This document shows, piece after piece, positions 43,020-52,885 of a stretch of DNA of 64,000 bases; within the stretch, counting starts at the first letter, position 1, and each line of letters opens with the position of its first letter. The stretch lies in contig CAVVYR010000006.1 of NCBI GenBank assembly GCA_963752475.1, forward strand, positions 768,001 through 832,000, read 5' to 3'. A program made the translations under genes and the position numbers. The notes beneath the pieces are model-generated. The model saw nothing but the letters and a program-made list of their open reading frames with translations, made no database searches and was not told where the DNA came from. The DNA comes from an uncultured Chloroflexia bacterium (GTDB taxonomy: Bacteria > Chloroflexota > Limnocylindria > Limnocylindrales > CSP1-4).

Positions 43020-43729
43020 CGATCGGACACGACCTCGAGCACCGTCTCGACAGTTGGATGCAGGAAAACGCGAGCGTGCCCGACGACCTCGCCGAGGTCC
43101 TCGCGAAGCTGCCCGAGACACCACAGCGACACCATCGATGGTCGATCAGCCTCACCGATCTCACAGGGAGGACACGAAGCATGTTCACAGCCACACGAGT
43201 GGCCGCGTTCGTCACTATCTTCACGCTAGGAGCGACGTCTGCGCTCATCATTGCGCCGCAAGAGGAGTCGGAGCCGGTCACGGTCCCCGCAGCGGAGGCG
43301 CCCTCCCTGGACGACATGGCCCGGGTCACCTGGCATGCGTGGATGTCGAAGAACGACCCCGCCAGCGCGAGTGTGACCCAGACGGAGTACGGAGAGCTGA
43401 TCGAGGGTGGTGTCGCGGAGTTCGACATCGACGCGAGCGACGATCGCCTGTCCGGCCCAGCGGAGTTTCACATCAATTCGATGTACTTCGAGCCGGCCGA
43501 CGGGCAGTACCCGGCCCAGGTATTCGTTGGCAGCGTGACCATCGAGGCTGAGGAGGGCATGTGGGAGGGCTCCTTCGTGGCCCTGGACTATCCGGGCACC
43601 CCTGACGGCGAGAGCCAACACATCCTGACGGGCACCGGCGCCTACGAGGGCCTGACGGCTGTGATGACCACGCGCGACGACGTGACCTCGGGGCTGATCT
43701 TCCCGGGCGAGCTACCCGAACTGCCGTAG
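43016..43729 (+). CDS. Anti-sigma-like membrane protein, beta-rich domain
   Basis: LPETPQR, TM helix, DDRLSG...LTGTGAYEGLTAV...FPGELP. Confidence 0.8.
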   Translation: MTIGHDLEHRLDSWMQENASVPDDLAEVLAKLPETPQRHHRWSISLTDLTGRTRSMFTATRVAAFVTIFTLGATSALIIAPQEESEPVTVPAAEAPSLDDMARVTWHAWMSKNDPASASVTQTEYGELIEGGVAEFDIDASDDRLSGPAEFHINSMYFEPADGQYPAQVFVGSVTIEAEEGMWEGSFVALDYPGTPDGESQHILTGTGAYEGLTAVMTTRDDVTSGLIFPGELPELP

Positions 43730-43740
43730 TTCTGCCCACA

Positions 43741-43778
43741 GAGAGACGCCCGCGGGACTTCCTCCGCGGGCGTCTCTC
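43741..43778. terminator. Bidirectional hairpin between convergent anti-sigma genes
   Basis: GAGAGACGCCCGCGG-gacttcct-CCGCGGGCGTCTCTC, 15-bp perfect stem. Confidence 0.82.
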
Positions 43779-43822
43779 ACGTCCAGGCCCGGAGTCTCGG
43801 GCTCCAGGCCTGGCTCGCTTCG

Positions 43823-45235
43823 TCAGCTCTCCAGATGCATTCGCTGCATCGCCGCCGAGCCGGTCTCCGTCTCCGAGGCTTCGCCAGTGACCTGGTGCCG
43901 GGTCTCGACGGTGAACTCGATGGTGGCGCTCTGGTGAGCCTCGTCCATCTGCAGGTCGCCGTAGAGCGTCGAGTTGCCGCGCTTGACCACATCGGGCCGC
44001 GGGTCGCTGTCGTAGTAGTCGATGACCACGGACGCGCTATCGGGTCCGGTGGGCAGCCAGTTGCCCACGCCGACGCCTCGGTAGGGATCGATCGTGAGCA
44101 GGGTGCCGTCGGCATGGATGGCCGTCGTGACCGAGGGTCCGTCCTCGTGCTCCTCGACCCACAGGCTGCCCAGGCTGGGCCACCAGGCCGGGTCGACGGT
44201 CGCGGCGTCCGGCTCCGGTTGTGGCTCCGCCGGCGCCCAGTCCGTGAAGCCGTTCGAGTCGCCGTAGCGGTTGGTTGCGACTCCGGTCTCCGGGTCGATG
44301 CTGACCTCGGCGACCAAGGGCAGGGCAGCAGGATCGTCGCTTGCGAACCAGGCCGTCATGATGCCGTGGTGCTCGTCGGGCTCGGCATACAGTCCGACAC
44401 CGGGGCCGACCCACGAGTTGATGCTCACCCAGGTGCCGTCCGAATGCTCGAGGTTCTGGTTGGGTCGTCCGCCGTAATCCTCGTGCGTCACGCCCAATTC
44501 GTCCGCCCTGTGCAAGTCGATGCCGATCCTGGGCTGCCAGCCGGCATCGGGCGGCGTGACCGTCTCGGCTTCGGGCGGCATCGGCGCCATCTTCTTCCGC
44601 TCCGCCGTAGAGGTGATGATGCCGAAGCTGTTCTCGTCGTAGGTCAGGGTCATGTGGTCACCGGCCTCGTCGAGTTCACCGATGAAGCGGAGCTCGGCGG
44701 TGCCGGGCTCGAGGTAGATGTAGGAGCTATCCGTGCCGGTGAAGCCGAGCTCGGCGACGAGGGAGTGGTCGCCCAGCGGCCTCCACTCCCCGAGGCCGAT
44801 CCCCAGCTCGCTGTTGACGCCCGTTGCGATGCCGTCGCCATGGAAGACGTAGTAGGTGGCCGCTTCGCCGGCATCTCGCTCGAGCCAGATGCTGCCCGGA
44901 GCGTTCTCAGGCGAGAGTGGGGCGGAAGCGCGCTCCTCTTGGCCGACGTTGAGCGCGAGCGAGCCGCTCAGCGCGATGACGGCGATGACGGCCACGATCC
45001 GTGTGGCAGTGACCATGTTCGGGTACCTCCAGTGGTGGAGCGCCCTGCCGGAACCGGGGCTACGCGTCACGCCGGGACCGAAAGGGCGCCAGTCGAGTGG
45101 CCGCAGCCACCGGTGTCTGCGCTGAGGTGTGTTCGGGAGCTGCGCGAGCACGCGGTCCAGGCCGCGGTCATCGAGCTCCGTGGGTTCTTGCATCCAGTCG
45201 TGCACGACGCGTGCCGCTTCTCGCTCGGTGGTCAT
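43823..45235 (-). CDS. Anti-sigma-like membrane protein with three internal repeats
   Basis: LPNTPQRRHRW N-domain, TM helix, three H.DG......G.G.G repeats. Confidence 0.78.
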   Translation of the reverse strand: MTTEREAARVVHDWMQEPTELDDRGLDRVLAQLPNTPQRRHRWLRPLDWRPFGPGVTRSPGSGRALHHWRYPNMVTATRIVAVIAVIALSGSLALNVGQEERASAPLSPENAPGSIWLERDAGEAATYYVFHGDGIATGVNSELGIGLGEWRPLGDHSLVAELGFTGTDSSYIYLEPGTAELRFIGELDEAGDHMTLTYDENSFGIITSTAERKKMAPMPPEAETVTPPDAGWQPRIGIDLHRADELGVTHEDYGGRPNQNLEHSDGTWVSINSWVGPGVGLYAEPDEHHGIMTAWFASDDPAALPLVAEVSIDPETGVATNRYGDSNGFTDWAPAEPQPEPDAATVDPAWWPSLGSLWVEEHEDGPSVTTAIHADGTLLTIDPYRGVGVGNWLPTGPDSASVVIDYYDSDPRPDVVKRGNSTLYGDLQMDEAHQSATIEFTVETRHQVTGEASETETGSAAMQRMHLES

Positions 45236-45783
45236 CGCGCCGCTCCTTCGGCCAGGGCCGCGGGGCTCGGCTCTGCGAGGGCTTGACGCATGTTGGCGAG
45301 GGCCCGATGGAGCCGCGAGTTGACGGTGCCGATCGGTACGTCGAGGGCCTCCGCGATGGCGTCGAGCTGCAGGTCGAGGTGGTAGCGCAGCACGAGCACG
45401 ACTCGGTGGTCGATCGACAGCGCGGCGAAACCGCGTTCCAGTTGCTCACGATCGAGGATCCGGCCGAAGTCATCGGGAGCGACAGGTTCCTTGGGTGCTT
45501 GCGAGCCCACGACGGGCAGCATGCGCTTGCGTCGCCGGAACTCCGCGTGACAGGCGTTGACGAGGAGACGGTGGGACCAGGCTTCGAAGCGATCGGGGTC
45601 GCGTAGTTGCGGCAGGTCGCGCCACATCAGCAGGACTGCCTGCTGGGTCGCGTCCTCGGCCGCTGGCCGGTCGCGCAGGATCCTGAAGGCGACCTGGTGC
45701 AGCCGCCCATACACCGCGTCGGCCAGCATGGCGAATGCGTGCTGGTCCCCGTTCCGAGCGTGGATCACGAGCTCTGTGTCCAT
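45232..45783 (-). CDS. ECF sigma factor (pair 4)
   Basis: MDTELVI.AR.GD..AF, WRDLPQLRDPDRFEAW, GTVNSRLHR. Confidence 0.9.
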   Translation of the reverse strand: MDTELVIHARNGDQHAFAMLADAVYGRLHQVAFRILRDRPAAEDATQQAVLLMWRDLPQLRDPDRFEAWSHRLLVNACHAEFRRRKRMLPVVGSQAPKEPVAPDDFGRILDREQLERGFAALSIDHRVVLVLRYHLDLQLDAIAEALDVPIGTVNSRLHRALANMRQALAEPSPAALAEGAAR

Positions 45784-45909
45784 CCCCCCACCGCTCATGG
45801 CGCTGGCGTCTGAGTCGCGCCTCTGAATCGTATGGCGCACGGCAAGCGCGAAACCTTCCATCCAAGAGAACCGTCGGGTCAGCTGCGGCGCATCGGTGCC
45901 GAAACCCTG

Positions 45910-46524
45910 CTAGTCGAGCATCCCTCGCTCGACCACGAAGTCGGCGACCTTGTCCACGCCGTCGCCACCTCGAAGGTTGGTGAAGACGTACGGGCGGTCC
46001 TGGCGCACGGAGATGGCGTCCCGCTCCATGTTCATGAGCGAGGCGCCCACGGCCGGCGCCAGGTCGCTCTTGTTGATCACCAGGAGGTCGCTGTCGGTGA
46101 TGCCCGGGACCCCGCGCCGCGTCGCCTTTTCACCGGCGGCCACGTCGATGACGTAGATGACGAGGTCGGTCAGCTCCGGGTCGAAGGTCGAGGAGCCCAG
46201 ATCGTCTCCACCTTCGATGAAGATCGCATCGAGCCCCTGGTGGCGGGTGATGAGCGCATCCACAGCGGCTAGGTTCTGCGTCGCATCGTCCCCCACGTCG
46301 GTGTGGGGACAGTTGCCGGCGTCGAGCCCGACGATCCGATCCTCAGTCAACGCTCCACGTCGCACCAGCGCCCGTGCGTCCTCGTGGGCGTTGACGTCGT
46401 TCGTGACCACCGCCACCGAGTAGCGATCGCTCAGATGCGAACAGAGCCCAGCCACCAGCGTGGTCTTGCCCGAGCCGATCGGTCCGCCGATGCCGACGCG
46501 CAGCGTCGGGCGGGACTCGCTCAC
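45910..46524 (-). CDS. ureG: Urease accessory GTPase UreG (divergent)
   Basis: GGPIGSGKT, AVVTND, CPH, IYVIDVAAGEK..R.G.PGI..SDLLVINKSDLAP.VGA.L. Confidence 0.88.
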   Translation of the reverse strand: MSESRPTLRVGIGGPIGSGKTTLVAGLCSHLSDRYSVAVVTNDVNAHEDARALVRRGALTEDRIVGLDAGNCPHTDVGDDATQNLAAVDALITRHQGLDAIFIEGGDDLGSSTFDPELTDLVIYVIDVAAGEKATRRGVPGITDSDLLVINKSDLAPAVGASLMNMERDAISVRQDRPYVFTNLRGGDGVDKVADFVVERGMLD

Positions 46525-46970
46525 CCCTGGGAGGCCAGGTCGTGATCGTGGGCGTGGTCCTTCGTGCCGCGTTCAGGCTCGAAGGGAACCTCTTCGACAG
46601 TGACCTGTGCTCCGAGCTTGCGTACGAGATCGTCGATGGCGCGATCGTGACGGTAGCGGATGAAGCCGGGGCCGACCTGCGTGCGAACATGCCGATTGCC
46701 CAGGTGGTACGCGACGCGCGCGAGCAGCATCGCATCAGAGGAGGCGATCGTCGAGACGTCCTCGGGCGCGGCTTCGACCGCGATGATGCGTTCGTCGGAG
46801 GCCTTCATGAGGTCGCCGTCGAGCAGGACCGTTCCGCGAGGCAGGAACAAGCCCACCTCCCGGCCGCTCGCGGTGGTGGCCTTGAGCCGGCTCTTGCGTC
46901 TTAGCTCCCAGGTCAGCGCCAATCGGTCGCTCGGTTCGCCCGCGGTCGCGAGTTCGTGGACCTCCAGCAT
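46521..46970 (-). CDS. ureE: Urease accessory Ni chaperone UreE
   Basis: R.KSR....G..GL.LPRG..L.DGD, AYHLGNRH, PFEPE, His-containing tail; SD GAGGAGG. Confidence 0.88.
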   Translation of the reverse strand: MLEVHELATAGEPSDRLALTWELRRKSRLKATTASGREVGLFLPRGTVLLDGDLMKASDERIIAVEAAPEDVSTIASSDAMLLARVAYHLGNRHVRTQVGPGFIRYRHDRAIDDLVRKLGAQVTVEEVPFEPERGTKDHAHDHDLASQG

Positions 46971-47101
46971 CGTCTGTGCCACCTCCTCAACTGCCATCGA
47001 TCTCGACGGTAGCCGAGGGGCCGGTTCGGATGACGACCTAGAGCGGTGACCTTTCCGTTGCCCTTGTGTTGCGAGTCCGGCCTGAGGTGTTCTCGCCGAC
47101 A

Positions 47102-47117
47102 TAGAACGGATGTACTA
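47102..47117. promoter_or_regulatory. LexA (SOS) box upstream of lhr
   Basis: TAGAAC-GGAT-GTACTA, near-palindrome of the GAAC-N4-GT(T/A)C type, overlapping the -35 region of TAGGAT (47135-47140). Confidence 0.65.
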
Positions 47118-47149
47118 TTCGTGCACGGAGGTGTTAGGATGCCGGTCCC

Positions 47150-50100
47150 GTGCCCCGACGCCGCAAGCCCGCTCCGACCGACCCGTTCGCCGCCTTCGAA
47201 GCGCCCACGCGCGAGTGGTTCGGGTCCTCGTTCGACCGGCCCACCGACGCGCAACGGCAGGGCTGGCCGGCCATCGCGGGAGGTCAGCACACGCTGATCT
47301 GCGCGCCCACCGGCAGCGGCAAGACGCTCGCCGCCTTCCTTTGGTGTCTGGACCGCCTGAAGCACGAACCCGTGCCGTCGGAGCCCAAGGCTCGGCTGCG
47401 CGTCCTGTACGTGTCGCCCCTGAAGGCGCTCGTGCATGACGTCGACCGCAACCTGCGTTCGCCCTTGGCCGGGATCGGGCTGGCGGCGGAGCGGCTAGGT
47501 ACGCCCACGCGTGAGGTGCAGGTCGGTATGCGCACGGGTGACACACCCGCGCAGGAGCGGCGCGCCTTCGGCAAGAAGCCGCCGGACATCCTCGTGACCA
47601 CGCCGGAGTCGCTCTATCTCATCCTGACCAGCCAGGCACGCGAGGCCCTGCGCAACGTGGAGTGGATCATCGTCGATGAGATCCACGCGTTGGCCGGGAC
47701 CAAGCGCGGTGCCCATCTGGCCCTATCGCTGGAGCGGTTGGAATCCATGACCGACCGTCCACCGCAGCGGATCGGGCTCTCGGCCACGCAGCGACCGCTC
47801 TCGGCCGTGGCCGCATACCTCGGAGGGCGGCAGCCGGGCGACGGTGAGAGCACGGCCGCGCCTCGGCCTGTGACGATCGTCGATGCGGGCGTACGCAAGG
47901 AGCTCGATCTGTCGGTCGTGGTGCCGGTGGAGGACATGGGCCGTCTGGGTGAGGTCATCCCGCTCGAGGAGACACCCGGTGGCCCGATGGATGGGCCGGC
48001 GACGCGGACCAGCATCTGGCCCTCTGTCTACCCCCGCGTACTGGAGCTCATCCGCGAGCACCGCAGCACGATCGTCTTCACCAATAGCCGGCGACTGTCG
48101 GAGCGCCTGGCGCAGAGCCTCAACGAGCTCGCAGAAGAGGACATCGCCCGAGCGCACCATGGCTCCATCGCACGCGAGCAACGGCTGATCATCGAGGAGC
48201 AGCTGAAGCAAGGCAAGCTCCCGTGCATCGTGGCCACGTCATCGCTCGAGCTGGGTATCGACATGGGCGCGGTGGACCTGGTCATCCAGGTGGAGTCGCC
48301 GCTGTCGGTCTCGCGCGGCCTGCAGCGTGTGGGGCGTGCCGGCCATCGGGTCGGCGAGCCCTCGCGCGGCGTGATCTTCCCCAAGTACCGCGGTGACCTG
48401 CTGGAGGCGGCGGTGGTCACGCGCATGATGCGAGACGGCGCCATCGAGCCCACGACCGTGCCCCACAACCCGCTCGACGTGCTGGCTCAGCAGATCGTGG
48501 CCACGACCCTCGACCGGGACTGGCCCATCGACGAGCTCTACGCGCTCGTGCGGCGGGCGGAGAACTTCGCCGATCTTGGCCGGGACACGTTCGAGGCCGT
48601 GCTGGGAATGCTTGCCGGCCAATACCCCGCTGACGAGTTCGCCGAGCTCAAGCCGCGGATCGTCTGGGACCGGGTGGCCGGCAGCGTGGCGGCGCGGAAG
48701 GATGCGCGCACCGTGGCCGTGACCTCGGGCGGGACGATCCCCGATCGCGGCCTGTTCCCCGTCTTCCTCTCGGACGACGCTGCCGAGACCGGCGGTCCGG
48801 CGAGGGCGCGCGGTCGGGGAGGGGGTCGCCGCGTCGGGGAGCTGGACGAAGAGATGGTCTACGAGGCGCGCACCGGTGAGGTCGTGCTGCTCGGTGCCAG
48901 CGCCTGGCGCATCGAGGCGATCGAGCACGACCGGGTGTTGGTCTCGCCGGCACCGGGCGAGTCGGGCAAGGTGCCCTTCTGGAAGGGTGACGGCGTGGGC
49001 CGGCCGGTCGAGCTCGGACGTGCGCTGGGACAGTTCACCCGGGAGATCTCGGAGCAGGCCGGTGCCAAGCGCGGTGGGCGCGCAAGGGCCATAAAGCGAC
49101 TGCGCGACGAGCACGACCTCGACCAGATGGCGGCCGAGAACGTGCTCTCGTACCTCGACGAGGAACGTGAGGTCACCGGCGCGCTGCCCACAGATACGAC
49201 GGTGGTGCTCCAGCGGTTCCGTGACGAGCTCGGTGACTGGCGAGTCTGCCTCTTGACGCCGTTCGGGGCGCGAGTGCATGCGCCGTGGGCGCTGGCCATC
49301 GAAGCCCGTCTGCAGGCGTCGCTGGGGGTGGACGTGAAGCCGCTCTGGTCCGATGACGGCATCGTGCTTCGCCTGCCCTCCACGGACGGGTCCTACGAGC
49401 CGGGTGAGGGCCTCGAGTCGATGGCTCAGCAGGCGGAGGCGGCGGTGCTCATCGCTGCCGACGACATCGAGGAGCTGGTGACCGAGTCGGTCGGCAGCTC
49501 GGCGCTCTTCTCGAGCCGCTTCCGCGAGAATGCGGCCCGAGCGCTGTTGCTGCCTCGCCGGCGCCCCGGCCAGCGGACGCCGCTGTGGCAGACGCGGCAA
49601 CGGGCCTCTCAGCTATTGGCCGTGGCCAGCCGCTACGGCTCCTTCCCGATCATCCTCGAGACCTACCGTGAGGTCCTCCGGGACGTCTTCGACCTGCCCG
49701 CGCTCCGGGGCATCCTGGCCTCGATCGAACGCCGGGAGATCCGGGTCGTGAGTGTGGAGACATCGCGCGCATCGCCCTTCGCGTCGTCCTTGCTGTTCGA
49801 CTACATCGCGACCTACATGTATGAAGGTGACGCGCCGCTGGTCGATCGGCGCGCACAGGCGCTGACGCTCGATCGCGACCTGCTCCGGGAGTTGCTCGGA
49901 GCTGAGCAGCTGCGTGACCTGCTCGATGCGGAGGCCCTGGCCGAGCTGGAGCTCGAGCTGCAGGCGCTGACCGAGGAACGGGCGGCCGGCTCGGTCGACC
50001 AGGTACAGGACCTGCTGCGGCGCCTCGGTGACCTGAGCGACGACGAGGTCGCGGCTCGGGTGCGCGGCGCTGATGCCAAGGCTCGCCGCGCGGTCGCCCA

Positions 50101-51832
50101 GGAGTGGCTCGAGGCGCTGGTGGCAGACCGGCGAGCGGTCTCGCTACGCGTGGCTGGTGAGGTCCGCTGGATCGCGGCCGAGGACGTCGGGCGCTACCGG
50201 GATGGCGTGGGTGCATCCCCGCCGGTCGGCGTGGCCGAGGGCTTCCTGGCGCCCACGAGCGACGCGCTCGGGTCGATGCTGGCTCGGTGGGCCCGGACGC
50301 ACGGTCCGTTCCACACCGAAGGGCCCGCCGACCGCTGGCAGCTACCTCGCGGAGTCGTTGAGACCGCCCTGGAGGGCCTGATGGCCGACGGTGTGCTGCT
50401 GCGGGGTGAGTTCCGACCCGGTGGCGTGGAGCGCGAATGGTGCGACCCGGAGGTACTGCGCCTCGTGCGTCGCCGTTCGCTGGCTCGGCTGCGACGCGAG
50501 ATCGAGCCGGTGGAGCCGACGGCCCTGGCTCGGTTCCTGCCGGCCTGGCAAGGCGTAGGTGCGGGGGCCGCGGGCATCGACAGGCTGGCGGAGGCCATCG
50601 GCCAGCTCGAGGGTGTGGCGCTACCGGCGAGTGTGCTGGAGCGTGACGTCCTTCCAGCGCGGGTCCAGGGCTACAGCCCCCAGATGCTCGACGAGCTGGG
50701 CGCCGCCGGCGAGGTCGTTTGGGTCGGTGCCGGGAGCCTGGGCAAGGATGATGGCCGCATCGCCTTGTATCGGCCCGATCGCCTTGCGCTGCTGCTGCCG
50801 ACACGCGTCGGAGAGGACCAGCCGGGCGAGGACGCCGGGACCTGGCTGCACGAGGCGTTGCGCCAGCACCTGTCCGCGCGTGGCGCCTCGTTTCATCGTG
50901 AGTTGCTGGGTGCGGCCCTCACTGCCGCTGCGGCCGGTGAGCGCCGACGTCCAGGAGAGCGAGAGATGCTCGATGCGCTGTGGGACCTCGTCTGGGCCGG
51001 TGAGGTCACCAACGACACGTTCCTGCCGTTGCGGGCGCTGCGCTGGCCGCGTCGAGGGGGAGGGCGGCCTGCAGCCCGGGCGCGATCGCGGATGGGTACC
51101 CGCATGGGACCGCCGGAGGCGGCGGGGCGCTGGTCGCTGGTGGAGGAGACGCTGCGGACGGCGGTCGCACTCGCCGACGGCAAGGAGCCGACGGGCACAG
51201 GACAGCGTGCCGCCCTCGCGGCCACGCTCCTCGAGCGCTATGGCGTCGTCACCCGGGACGCCGTCGCCGGTGAGAACGTGCGCGGGGGGTTCGGGGCGGT
51301 CTACCCGGTCTACCGCGAGATGGAGGAGCGCGGACGGGTGCGCCGCGGGTATTTCGTCGAAGGCCTTGGCGGTGCCCAGTTCGCCGTCGCAGGTGCGGTG
51401 GACCGGCTGCGCTCGATGCGTCGCGGCGCCGGCGCAGACTCCAGCGACGACCCCAAGACCGTGCTGCTGGCCGCAACCGACCCGGCCAACCCGTATGGTG
51501 CCGCGCTGGCGTGGCCGCAGGACGGGGTTCGGCACTCGCGGACGCCGAGCCGTTCGGCCGGCGCCTACGTCGTGCTGCACGACGGTGAACCTGTGCTCTA
51601 CCTGGAGCGTGGTGGGAAGTCGCTGCTGACGTTCTCGCCGTTCGATGACGAACGCGTCGGGGGATCGGCCGTCGATGTGCTGCGAACGCTCATCGATGAT
51701 GGACGCGTGAAGCGTCTGCAGCTCGAGCGCGTGGATGGCACGGCCATCGGTGAGTCGCCATCCCGGGAGCGCCTGGCCGCCCTCGGGTTCCGGCAGGCGT
51801 ACCGTGGGTACGTGCTCGGCCCAGTGGGCTAG
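47150..51832 (+). CDS. lhr: Lhr ATP-dependent helicase (long form)
   Basis: APTGSGKT, SPLKAL, TTPES, DEIH, SAT, TSSLELGID and QRVGRAGH motifs; C-terminal RGYFVEGLGGAQFA and ATDPANPYG. Confidence 0.95.
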   Translation: MPRRRKPAPTDPFAAFEAPTREWFGSSFDRPTDAQRQGWPAIAGGQHTLICAPTGSGKTLAAFLWCLDRLKHEPVPSEPKARLRVLYVSPLKALVHDVDRNLRSPLAGIGLAAERLGTPTREVQVGMRTGDTPAQERRAFGKKPPDILVTTPESLYLILTSQAREALRNVEWIIVDEIHALAGTKRGAHLALSLERLESMTDRPPQRIGLSATQRPLSAVAAYLGGRQPGDGESTAAPRPVTIVDAGVRKELDLSVVVPVEDMGRLGEVIPLEETPGGPMDGPATRTSIWPSVYPRVLELIREHRSTIVFTNSRRLSERLAQSLNELAEEDIARAHHGSIAREQRLIIEEQLKQGKLPCIVATSSLELGIDMGAVDLVIQVESPLSVSRGLQRVGRAGHRVGEPSRGVIFPKYRGDLLEAAVVTRMMRDGAIEPTTVPHNPLDVLAQQIVATTLDRDWPIDELYALVRRAENFADLGRDTFEAVLGMLAGQYPADEFAELKPRIVWDRVAGSVAARKDARTVAVTSGGTIPDRGLFPVFLSDDAAETGGPARARGRGGGRRVGELDEEMVYEARTGEVVLLGASAWRIEAIEHDRVLVSPAPGESGKVPFWKGDGVGRPVELGRALGQFTREISEQAGAKRGGRARAIKRLRDEHDLDQMAAENVLSYLDEEREVTGALPTDTTVVLQRFRDELGDWRVCLLTPFGARVHAPWALAIEARLQASLGVDVKPLWSDDGIVLRLPSTDGSYEPGEGLESMAQQAEAAVLIAADDIEELVTESVGSSALFSSRFRENAARALLLPRRRPGQRTPLWQTRQRASQLLAVASRYGSFPIILETYREVLRDVFDLPALRGILASIERREIRVVSVETSRASPFASSLLFDYIATYMYEGDAPLVDRRAQALTLDRDLLRELLGAEQLRDLLDAEALAELELELQALTEERAAGSVDQVQDLLRRLGDLSDDEVAARVRGADAKARRAVAQEWLEALVADRRAVSLRVAGEVRWIAAEDVGRYRDGVGASPPVGVAEGFLAPTSDALGSMLARWARTHGPFHTEGPADRWQLPRGVVETALEGLMADGVLLRGEFRPGGVEREWCDPEVLRLVRRRSLARLRREIEPVEPTALARFLPAWQGVGAGAAGIDRLAEAIGQLEGVALPASVLERDVLPARVQGYSPQMLDELGAAGEVVWVGAGSLGKDDGRIALYRPDRLALLLPTRVGEDQPGEDAGTWLHEALRQHLSARGASFHRELLGAALTAAAAGERRRPGEREMLDALWDLVWAGEVTNDTFLPLRALRWPRRGGGRPAARARSRMGTRMGPPEAAGRWSLVEETLRTAVALADGKEPTGTGQRAALAATLLERYGVVTRDAVAGENVRGGFGAVYPVYREMEERGRVRRGYFVEGLGGAQFAVAGAVDRLRSMRRGAGADSSDDPKTVLLAATDPANPYGAALAWPQDGVRHSRTPSRSAGAYVVLHDGEPVLYLERGGKSLLTFSPFDDERVGGSAVDVLRTLIDDGRVKRLQLERVDGTAIGESPSRERLAALGFRQAYRGYVLGPVG

Positions 51833-51889
51833 TCGTGATTCTCGGGTGTGATGAGAGCGACGCTCGCTATGGCTGACTTGCAGGCAGGC

Positions 51890-52885
51890 TCACGAGACGT
51901 AGATCTTCACATCGATGAAGCCATCGTCGCCCTTGCCGTTGAGCGACAGGCTCAAGTCACGTTCGGGTTTGCTGGGTGAGTCGGCGTCCACGGCGACCTG
52001 GTCTGGCGCGGCTTCGGCCGGGTCGTCGATCAGGAACGATGCGGCCGTGTCACCAGCATCGCGCTCGAAGTAGGTATCGCCGAGGACGGACGCATCGGTG
52101 TACCACTCGTGCTCGCTGCCGGAGGTCGACTCCACGCGGACCACGCTCAGGCTGACGTTGATGCCTGTAGGAGCGACCGTGTGGCTCGTGCCCCAGCTCT
52201 CGAATGTCTGCCGGACGGCCGCGGGGATGATCGCGAACGGGGTCGTGGGGTACTGGCCCATCCTGATGGTGTCGCCCCCACTGACGACACCGTCCTCGTT
52301 GGTGTCGACGATCTCGCTGATCATGATGTCACCGTCGTCCCACTCGTGGTTCGTGTTGACGTCGGCGTAGGCGATGACCAGCGTGGGGGGCTCCGGGGGT
52401 ACGACCAACGGCTTCTCACAGCGCACGACCGGGCCCGAGCCCGTGTTCTGGAAGCAGGTGTCGACACCGATGCCGCCGTCGATGACGTCGTTGCCCAGCT
52501 GCCCCGCCGCGAGGTCCGGTCCGGGTCCCGCGAACAGGCGATCGGGTCCGGGGCCGCCGTAGAGCTTGTCCGCCCCGGCACCACCGATGAGCTTGTCGAT
52601 ACCACCCTGACCCACGAGCCGGTCGTTGCCCGGACCGCCACAGATGAGGTCGTTGCCTCCGCGGCCGAAGACCTTGTCCGCCCCGCCCTTGGCCACGATG
52701 ACGTCACGCTTGCTCGTGCCGATGATGCGATCGGCCTTCCTGGTGCCGACGATGGTGGCGGTCACCCCCTGGCACTTCGGCTTGGCCGCTGACGCTGGGC
52801 TAGCGACGGTGGCCGCGGTCATGGTGGCGAGGAGCGCGGCTGAAGTGAAGAGCGCGATACCTCGGCGAAGTCGAGTGCTGTCCAT
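51890..52885 (-). CDS. Secreted RTX/hemolysin-type Ca-binding repeat protein
   Basis: Signal peptide, C.G..ATIVGT, repeated GGxGxD nonapeptides, DxNxDG loops in the C-terminal half. Confidence 0.8.
   Translation of the reverse strand: MDSTRLRRGIALFTSAALLATMTAATVASPASAAKPKCQGVTATIVGTRKADRIIGTSKRDVIVAKGGADKVFGRGGNDLICGGPGNDRLVGQGGIDKLIGGAGADKLYGGPGPDRLFAGPGPDLAAGQLGNDVIDGGIGVDTCFQNTGSGPVVRCEKPLVVPPEPPTLVIAYADVNTNHEWDDGDIMISEIVDTNEDGVVSGGDTIRMGQYPTTPFAIIPAAVRQTFESWGTSHTVAPTGINVSLSVVRVESTSGSEHEWYTDASVLGDTYFERDAGDTAASFLIDDPAEAAPDQVAVDADSPSKPERDLSLSLNGKGDDGFIDVKIYVS

Noticed and set aside
46990-47100. Possible riboswitch in the ureE leader (GGGCAACGGAAAGG on the minus strand)
   Set aside because: I could not match it to the c-di-GMP, NiCo or guanidine consensus elements by eye.
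51890-52885. RTX toxin
   Set aside because: Has an N-terminal signal peptide and no toxin domain or type I secretion genes; an ordinary Ca-binding secreted protein.
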